Assembly: GCF_964194155.1 (NCBI RefSeq)
Contig: NC_135879.1
Coordinates: 38,378,001-38,442,000, forward strand
From: Cetorhinus maximus
Taxonomy: Eukaryota
Direction: 5' to 3'
Length of the DNA stretch: 64,000 bases
Shown here one piece after another: positions 63,926 to 64,000 of the stretch. Under the pieces are notes generated by a model that had not been told where the DNA came from, made no database searches, and worked only from the letters and a program-made list of their open reading frames with translations. The position numbers and the translations under genes are program-made. Each line of letters starts with the position of its first letter. Position 1 is the first letter of the stretch.

Positions 63926-64000
63926 GGCGGGACCAATAAAGATGCTGGCTTATCCATGTCTGGGTCTTCCAGATACCCAAATGCCCAGCCATGGGAATTT

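Noticed and set aside
63493-63957. Novel integrase fusion protein
   Set aside because: The Gypsy fragment simply reads on into the antisense strand of a Harbinger relic at a TE junction.

Overview
This is eukaryotic, vertebrate-type DNA, most likely from a cartilaginous fish (inferred from the repeat content), and it is almost entirely transposon-derived. The only host coding sequence I can support is one 56-bp exon at 17566-17621 (+, AG/GT flanked, GAVLDETTGKILVVQDKNK). It matches an internal exon of NUDT6, the FGF2-antisense Nudix gene, so the window is probably intron/exon/intron of a greatly expanded NUDT6. The introns contain PIF/Harbinger transposons (HARBI1-like DDE transposase plus a spliced Myb/SANT-like gene), Harbinger-type MITEs, a Buster/Charlie-like hAT, CR1, L2 and RTE LINE relics, two solo LTRs with TSDs, a Gypsy integrase fragment, and Penelope-like elements carrying minimal hammerhead ribozyme motifs. 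Three signals stand out: (1) three Harbinger copies that keep the Myb gene but carry a shared unexplained module where the transposase normally lies; (2) hammerhead-bearing fold-back Penelope mini-elements; (3) MITE families with conserved internal hairpins. Most listed ORFs are spurious or pseudogenic TE frames. All family calls come from recognising motifs by eye, not from database searches, and TE boundaries are approximate unless TIRs or TSDs are quoted.
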